64,000 nucleotides of DNA, taken from the NCBI RefSeq assembly GCF_963853765.1, contig NC_088857.1, forward strand, positions 51,956,001 to 52,020,000, written 5' to 3'. Below are positions 57,236 through 64,000 of the stretch, one piece after another. Source of the DNA: Magallana gigas. Its lineage: Eukaryota. The translations under genes and the position numbers were made by a program. The notes beneath the pieces were generated by a model. It did no database searches and was not told where the DNA came from. It saw only the letters and a list, made by a program, of their open reading frames with translations. The first letter of the stretch is position 1. The number at the start of each line of letters is the position of its first letter.

Positions 57236-60200
57236 TCAATCCTCCTCCTCCTCCATTGCACCACTCCCTTGGGGCATTTCACCCTCAACGTCCCTACATT
57301 TTGAGTGTACAAGTTCTCTCCGTATTTCTGGTGTAATCAGTTCATGAGTGTGGGCACGTAGAAGTTCCATTAGAGCCTCCTTCTGTTCACTAGAAATGTC
57401 CTCCTTGTATCGCTGTACAAAGGTCAGCAATGCCTGATGCCATAACACAGGGAGCTCTCTCTTGTCTCTCTGAAATCTGTAACAAGAAAACGAAGCTAAC
57501 ATCAGGAGGAGAAACCTCTTCTAGTTTTAATAAGAATGTATATTTATGCACTGCCAAACATTAAAGTAAACTATTAGCCAGGTTACTGTGTAGGAACATA
57601 AACTGATGCACACTGAAGCAACATTTCCACCTATGCACAACAAACGAAGTGGGAACTAAGCTACGATAACTTCAATGAGCTGAAATTTAAAAGTGAAACT
57701 TGACCTTTAAACCTCAACAAGCATCAATAATTTCAAGAAACAAGTTTGATGACAGTGTAAACAGATTGTAAAAAGATGATCTAGGATGAAGGGCTGACAC
57801 GTACCCCAGGAAGTGAAAGACGACGGCATCCACCACGCGGTACGGCAGGGCATACTTCTTGTCCAGCAGCGTCTTCAGGAAGATGCTGTTTGCCCCGTTG
57901 TAGTCCATCTCAGCAATTTTCAATATGGCAGCAGCAGAGTGAAGCATGGGGATGGAGCACTTAGCCAGAACACTGGCCAGAATGACGGCTTCTCTCAGCG
58001 TACAGTTCCCAGCCTGAAAATAAGCAAAGACAGTAATAACAGAGCTACCCCACATAGCATACAGCTGTCGCAAGCTCTTTATCTGTCCCCTTAGAGAGAC
58101 CTTAATAAGAGAGCTAGCCTCATATTTGATAGTTTTACAAAAGCTGTTGTCTGAAGCATCTCCTTGGTCAGTTTTAAGATGTAACCAAACCCGTAACTTC
58201 TTTTTAGGTATTTTCAGGTATTTTATTCACTTAACTACCATGTTTAATAACCAACTCTCATAAATTCTATATGTACTATAGTTACCGGTGCAATGTACAA
58301 TGAAAAATGCTTAGTGAAAAAGGAATGCCTTAATTAAATAATAACTCTATTATCAATATTCAAGATTTCATTAATACAGCTGCTCTAATAGCCATTACTA
58401 TTTTATACATGAGTAAATATAACATTGTTAAACCCATACCTCACAGAGAGGAAGAAGAATTCCTTTGAAGAATGCTGCAGGTTTAAATAAGGATTTTCTC
58501 ACTGCCTAAAACAATTAAATACATACATGTACATAAGCTCTTGACCTTGAATTAAAACTTCATATACATAAATGTATATAAATCAAGAAAAACTCTTAAA
58601 CATAGATTAATATCCAGGAAATTCAAAGTCATAAACAACAAACTTATAATGTGTAGATAGTTCATCATTCTAATGCTTACCATATATAGATGAAAATTAA
58701 GTCTTTTATATTCAGCAATGTCGTCCCTTATTCTCGGAAGTAGAACTAAATTAAAGAACCTACAAAACAACAACAGCAGACATTATTACTTCCATCCAAT
58801 AAACACGACTAGAAGATATCATAATTCTCTCTGGTTTAATGGACATTTATACGATACCTATTCCATTCAGTGACAGAGCATTACCTACCTCTGTGCCATT
58901 TTAGCGTTGAGATTTGATGCGAAGATACGTGTGGCTTGATACATGGCCGCTGCTGACCATGAATCTGGTTCTGTTAAATACAAAATCTGAAACAAAACAT
59001 GAAAATGTGACAGTGCAAGCTGAAAATCAATGAAACATACAGATGGACTTATGGACTCCAACTGCAGTTGAAAAGGACAATAACGCATTGGCAAAGTTAC
59101 TTCATATAAAATTTTTACATACATATATGTTTACAGAGTATTTCCCTGGTTACAAAAAGACAAGGACAACTATTCAGGTATCAAATTCCATAGAATTATA
59201 TACTTAAGGAAATATTTCATTACCTGTTCCCAGTTTCTGAGGTTGGGGATAATTTTAAAGGCTTTGGGCAGTTTTCCACTGCGATACCTCTGAAGAATCG
59301 GTCGCACACTTTTGTACATGTTCACCACTCTGTCGTCCAACTCCTGCATCTGTACACTGGCGTTATCTGAGGCAACAAAATTCATCAGTTTAGTTTTTAC
59401 ATCATCCAAGAAACTCACACGAAGCAGTGTGATATAATTAGAGGTAACCATTTCCATTTGGAGATGGCTCATCAGTGCATCACTTTATAATAACAACCAC
59501 TCTGTATTAGGCAGTATTTAGCTGACTCTATGACCCCTCACCTGACATCTGTGTGCGGATTTCTGTCTGTTTCTCTGTAATTTTCTCCATTATGATGTCT
59601 GCCAGAGTCCGTCTGACAGGAGGGTCTTTACTCATAAACATCTGAAGGGCCTTCTCATCCTCTTCATTCACCTCCTGCTCAACAAAATCAAACTCTGTTG
59701 CTCTACTTAACCTTGACATTGATGCAATTGCTTCTCATGACATTCCTTATGGATATTTACAGATAAGAACCTTTCATGTTTGAGCTCTCAATTTTAAAGT
59801 AGAAAATCTAAAACTGATACAAAAATTATTGATCTTCTATATATCATACAGATTTATCATCTGACTTTATAAGATTTATATCTAACAAGTAAAATACTGT
59901 TCCTTTATATCTATCAGCAAAAGAAAACCATTCAAAAGTGTGTAACTAGGCCAGTTTAAGTACAGTGATAATCTGTGTAATGAAGTTAGAAAAGTTTAAT
60001 GATAGGCTATGTAACATGTAACGAAGTCAATTACTTGAAATACAATCATAAATGATTGTACGTGTTATGTGGCCATTGTAAATACAACGATAGTCTGGCA
60101 TGGTCACTCACTATTGACTCATAAACTTCTTCATCATCTTCCACATCTTCATCCCCAGAAGACTCTGAGTCATCTTCGCTTTTTCCAGTTCCAAGGGTTG

Positions 60201-61091
60201 TTCTCGGAGCTGGCTTTTTACTTTGTCAAAAAAATCATATCATGTGAGCACAAACAAACCAAACAAAAGTAAGGATATTTCTGACATCTCTTTTTGTTAT
60301 CATATAATACGTAAAATAAAACTCATACATGCAGGTAAAATTTTTAGATTTAAAAAATCTTTCACAATCACATGTCATCAATAATGTGAATAGTACATGT
60401 ATTGAAATTATGTGAGTAGTATTGACAGGGTCACAGTATGGGGTAGTATGTGTTGCTGGATATCTCTCACCTCTTCCCCTTTGCTCCATGTTCTTCCTGT
60501 AGCTCCTCCTGTTGTTGTCTGGCTTGTTCCAAAATTCTTTTTGATAGTTTGTCATCTACATACTATAAGATACAAAGAAAAGAGAACAACAGATGTAATA
60601 TTAAAGATATGATGAATATCAACATAAACACCATCATAATATATCATCCATAGCAAGAGATTCTGAGTCGTACTTATATTGTAGCATTAATAAAATGTCT
60701 CTTAAGTTAACAGGTTAGTTTTACATTCAAATTAAAACATCCCTTGTTACAGTTGTTACTCTAAATGAACACTTCAATGTACATATGTATCATTTACCGA
60801 GATATTAATCAAATTTCTGGTAAGGAATATATATAGAGAACAATAATAACACACTTACTCTATGAATCTTCTACAAAACAACATTTTAGTTAAACTTCTG
60901 GTGAAAGAAAATAAAGGAAATTCGAGTTATATTTATTTTACCTCGTCGTCTCTGTCTTTCCGGTTACGAACTTTCACTCGACTGGTAGATTTGACACTTT
61001 TGTCGTCTAATATTTGATCAGCTAATGGGACATATCTATCTCCACCTTCTGCTGCCGATTTTGACACTTTCGTCTTCTTCGCTTTTCCCAT
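57236..61091 (-). CDS. BYSL: Bystin (Enp1 ortholog, 40S biogenesis factor), 439 aa, 10 exons
   Basis: Exons (-): 61091-60942, 60562-60471, 60220-60112, 59674-59542, 59366-59224, 58986-58889, 58759-58681, 58505-58440, 58013-57805, 57476-57236 (1320 nt). Motifs [63 protein letters not shown] and [17 protein letters not shown]. Confidence 0.97.
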
Positions 61092-61158
61092 ATTATTTTT
61101 CACGTGTTGGGTATACTAAACACTCCTCCTATCACTGAAGAGTTCATAAACAGAAATC

Positions 61159-61386
61159 ATGGGGCTGACAGGCATACTCAGTCACATCGCAAGGTTGTCT
61201 GTTTTATTAGTGCTCGCAATTTATTTTTACATTTTAGAGATCATCAAGGTCTTGTCTCCTCCCAAGAAGAAGGATGTCCGTAACGAGATCGTGCTAATCA
61301 CGGGGGCGGGTCACGGTATAGGACGGGAGATCGCCCTGGAGTTCGGGAGACGGGGGGCACGGGTGGTGATATGGGACATCAACAAG
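61159..61386 (+). CDS. Short-chain dehydrogenase/reductase, SDR16C family (RDH10 / SDR16C5 / HSD17B11-like), exon 1 only
   Basis: N-terminal hydrophobic anchor, then IVLITGAGHGIGREIALEF...VVIWDINK (TGxxxGxG), ending AAG|gtac at 61386. No further exon was found in the window. Confidence 0.9.
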
Positions 61387-62040
61387 GTACTCGCTAATCA
61401 CAAAGTAACACATATCATGTTGAGGGGTGGATCTTTTGTTCTTAATTCACTTGCAATAAAAATTTATATAATTGATTCATTTAATTAATTTCATTAAGTT
61501 CATTTGTAACTAAATGAATGTACTGTAGTGAAATTATGGTTTTTCCCTTCCCGTTTATTCGCAAGTTTGCATTAGCCTACTGTAATTTATGCAGAATATT
61601 TTAAGTTATTTTTGAATGAATGAACAATTTTATATACATGCACCATGGAACGTTTGTCCTCGAATTACATTTACTGTCACTGATTTTGGTTGTCCTATAC
61701 GTACACGTGTATGTATTTTTGTAAATGTACATTTAAAAGTAGGCTGCATATTGAGAAAAACCCTAGCGTGCAAGACATCAATAAATTTAAATAATTTAGT
61801 TATTCAATCACTGAAGCATACGTTTATATACATGTATATATCCTGTTTGTGAGACACTTTCACTCAAGATCATCTGCTGTATAACGCATGTTGCATTGCA
61901 GGGTTTTTTTCCTTCCATGATTAAGTTGTAATAGCTAAACCTTTTATTGATTAACGTGTACAGTGATGTCTAGAGTGACATAAGTGTTAAGATAGGGACG
62001 TCTTCCGATGAGTATCAGTCTTCTGATGAGTATTTCATAG

Positions 62041-62042
<2 letters not shown>

Positions 62043-62118
<76 letters not shown>
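62043..62118. repeat. (GA)n microsatellite
   Basis: Seen directly. Confidence 0.95.
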
Positions 62119-62121
<3 letters not shown>

Positions 62122-63363
62122 TTGTCCTTATTTAATACTACTGTTTAGTTGAGTAAAAGATAGCATCGTGCAGTAAACTTGAATATCGTTCAGCTGAACA
62201 TGTATAATTATAAAATAGCTAAAATGCCCTTCACCCGTTAGCCCAGCCGCTATCGTTTAACAAACAATCCTCTGCATATCGTGCGACTACATGCAGATCC
62301 AGTCAAGGTAATCTTGACAAGATTTGGCGTGTCTACGCAACTGTCAGATCGATTTACGGGCCAAATCCCAAAAACTCACAAATTAAATTTACTATGAAAA
62401 TTCGGAAATCTAGCCCAATCTCGCCGCTTTGCTTTGTCATTTGGATATACGTGTACGAGGGTATATGCAGCTAGAAAGAATAATCTTACCGTGACCAGGC
62501 TAGCTACGCTCAGGTCACACCGGGTCCTTAGGACATCTGTCATTTTAACGATAGAACATTCTATCTAGTTTTCAGTGTACGAGGGTATTCCGCATGCAAG
62601 GCCAAGTTTTGTCACTCACTTGGTCTTTCTTGTACCGACAAATTACCGTGAAATTTCATGAATTCTATAACTCAATTTGTAATCTTCGAGTTTCGGTTGT
62701 TGTAAACCGTGAATATTAAATAAAAATGTGTTTTATGTAAAACACACAGTTTTTACCAACAGTGTTTTATATAATCAGGGTAAAGCATACATTTTTATTT
62801 ATCTTATGTTAAACGAATAGAGAGGAATGACCCCCCCCCCCCCCCCCCCCCCAATTGTGTTGTGAGAGAAAACCGGGTAATATCTGATTACACTGTTCAC
62901 GTGTTTGTTGTAAATCGTGCAATGTTTACCTAAACTTGATTTTTTAGTTTTTTGTGTGAACGTTCGTGTAAGTATTGTTTACTCGAACTTTTAATGTTCA
63001 TCGAAACTGTTTTATAGTAATTCAGTAATATTCCAATGAAGTATTTCTTTTAACATTTAAAATCACAATGTTTGGCATTGTTTGCACCATACCAAGTTCA
63101 TGTAAATGTGTGATGTTTTCTCGTGCAATCCGTAAGTATTCCGTGCAAACCGTGCAGTCTTTCCCTCCAGTTGAATTCTTTGTGTTTGTTGTCAATAAAT
63201 CTTTGTTTATCAAAGCTGTATATAGCATACCGTGGAACCTTGCAACATTTGAAAGCACTATTTACCGTGTCATGTAAACTAGTCTATGCAATGATTTGTA
63301 AAAAAGTAAAAACGTACCAGCGTTTTATATCATCCATAAAGTGTTACTCGCAAAATTCGTTTA

Positions 63364-63935
63364 AACCCCTGTCACACTGGAGCTGCGTCCTCACGGCGAT
63401 CCCGCTGGGTCCTTACATAATGTAAAACGCCAAGGTAAACGCAGTAGAGTCTCCTACAGCGCCGTAACAACGGCATCTTCGTCCGTCGCGGTGGGATCGC
63501 CTTGAATATTGAAGAACGCCATGCGACGGCGCGCACTTTGAACATGCACAAAGTACGCGCCGTGGCTCGGCGTTCTGAAATACACGCCTTAGAAGCGTAG
63601 TGAGATCGCCATGACAGCGCCGTAAGATCTCCAACAGCGCCACGAGAGCTCCGTCGGCGCGCTCAAGGAACGCAGCTAATCGCAGTGTAGACGCAGTGAT
63701 AAGTGAATTGCGCTTGCACGGAGACCTCACGGAGTCCTTTGGGATCTCACTGCGTCTCTATCGCGCGCTCACTGCGCACCCACAACGTTTGAACAAGTTG
63801 TTTTCCATTTGGCTGCGTTCACACAACGACCCCAAAGAGCTGTTGCTGCGTTCATCGCGCTCTCGTGACGTTTCTCCTGCGTTCACACCGCGCTCCCACG
63901 GCGTTTCTAGTGCGTGGTCATCAAGACCACGAAAA
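63364..63935. mobile_element. GC-rich non-autonomous DNA transposon, left end only (PIF/Harbinger-like, tentative)
   Basis: An abrupt GC rise starts at aacccctgtcacactg after TTA/TAA, with internal cacggcg and cagcgcc subrepeats. The right TIR was not seen. Confidence 0.4.
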
Positions 63936-64000
63936 CTCGAAAAATGGCTGTTGAACAATAGCAAGCGATGTAATAATTATCAAACTGGATGTAGATGACT

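Noticed and set aside
59445-59483. Hammerhead-like CTGATGAG...GAAA in BYSL intron 4 (minus strand)
   Set aside because: The G10.1-C11.1 pair before GAAA is missing, and stems I and III cannot be formed convincingly.
63413-63998. GC-rich ORFs near the right edge
   Set aside because: They lie in a subrepeat-rich transposon-like segment, are open only because of GC content, and match neither SDR exon 2 nor a transposase.

Overview
AT-rich, intron-rich animal genomic DNA. Gene content, frequent TACATGTA words and the repeat types suggest a bivalve, probably an oyster (inference). Exons were assembled by hand from splice signals and frame continuity. Eight protein-coding genes are supported: an LNX-family RING/PDZ ubiquitin ligase (-, 3' part runs off the left edge), TRAPPC4 (+), DNAAF3 (-), CWF19L1 (+), PPCS (-), an ADAM/ADAMTS-like M12B metalloprotease (+), BYSL (-) and exon 1 of an SDR16C/RDH10-like dehydrogenase (+). 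Introns and intergenic DNA hold many non-autonomous DNA transposons, Helentron-type elements, tRNA-derived SINE-like repeats, minisatellites and microsatellites. No prokaryotic system, CRISPR array, rRNA or intact tRNA gene was seen. Most unusual signals: (1) two minor-spliceosome (U12-type) introns in the neighbouring convergent genes CWF19L1 and PPCS that both appear to end in TG instead of AG; (2) a 950-bp transposon whose 8-bp target-site duplication copies the TRAPPC4 exon-1 donor and creates a possible recursive splice site; (3) tandem arrays built from splice sites; (4) a candidate alternative first exon for a RING-less LNX isoform; (5) only 67 bp between the BYSL and SDR start codons; (6) a self-nested Helentron-like element. 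Family names come from remembered motifs, not database searches.
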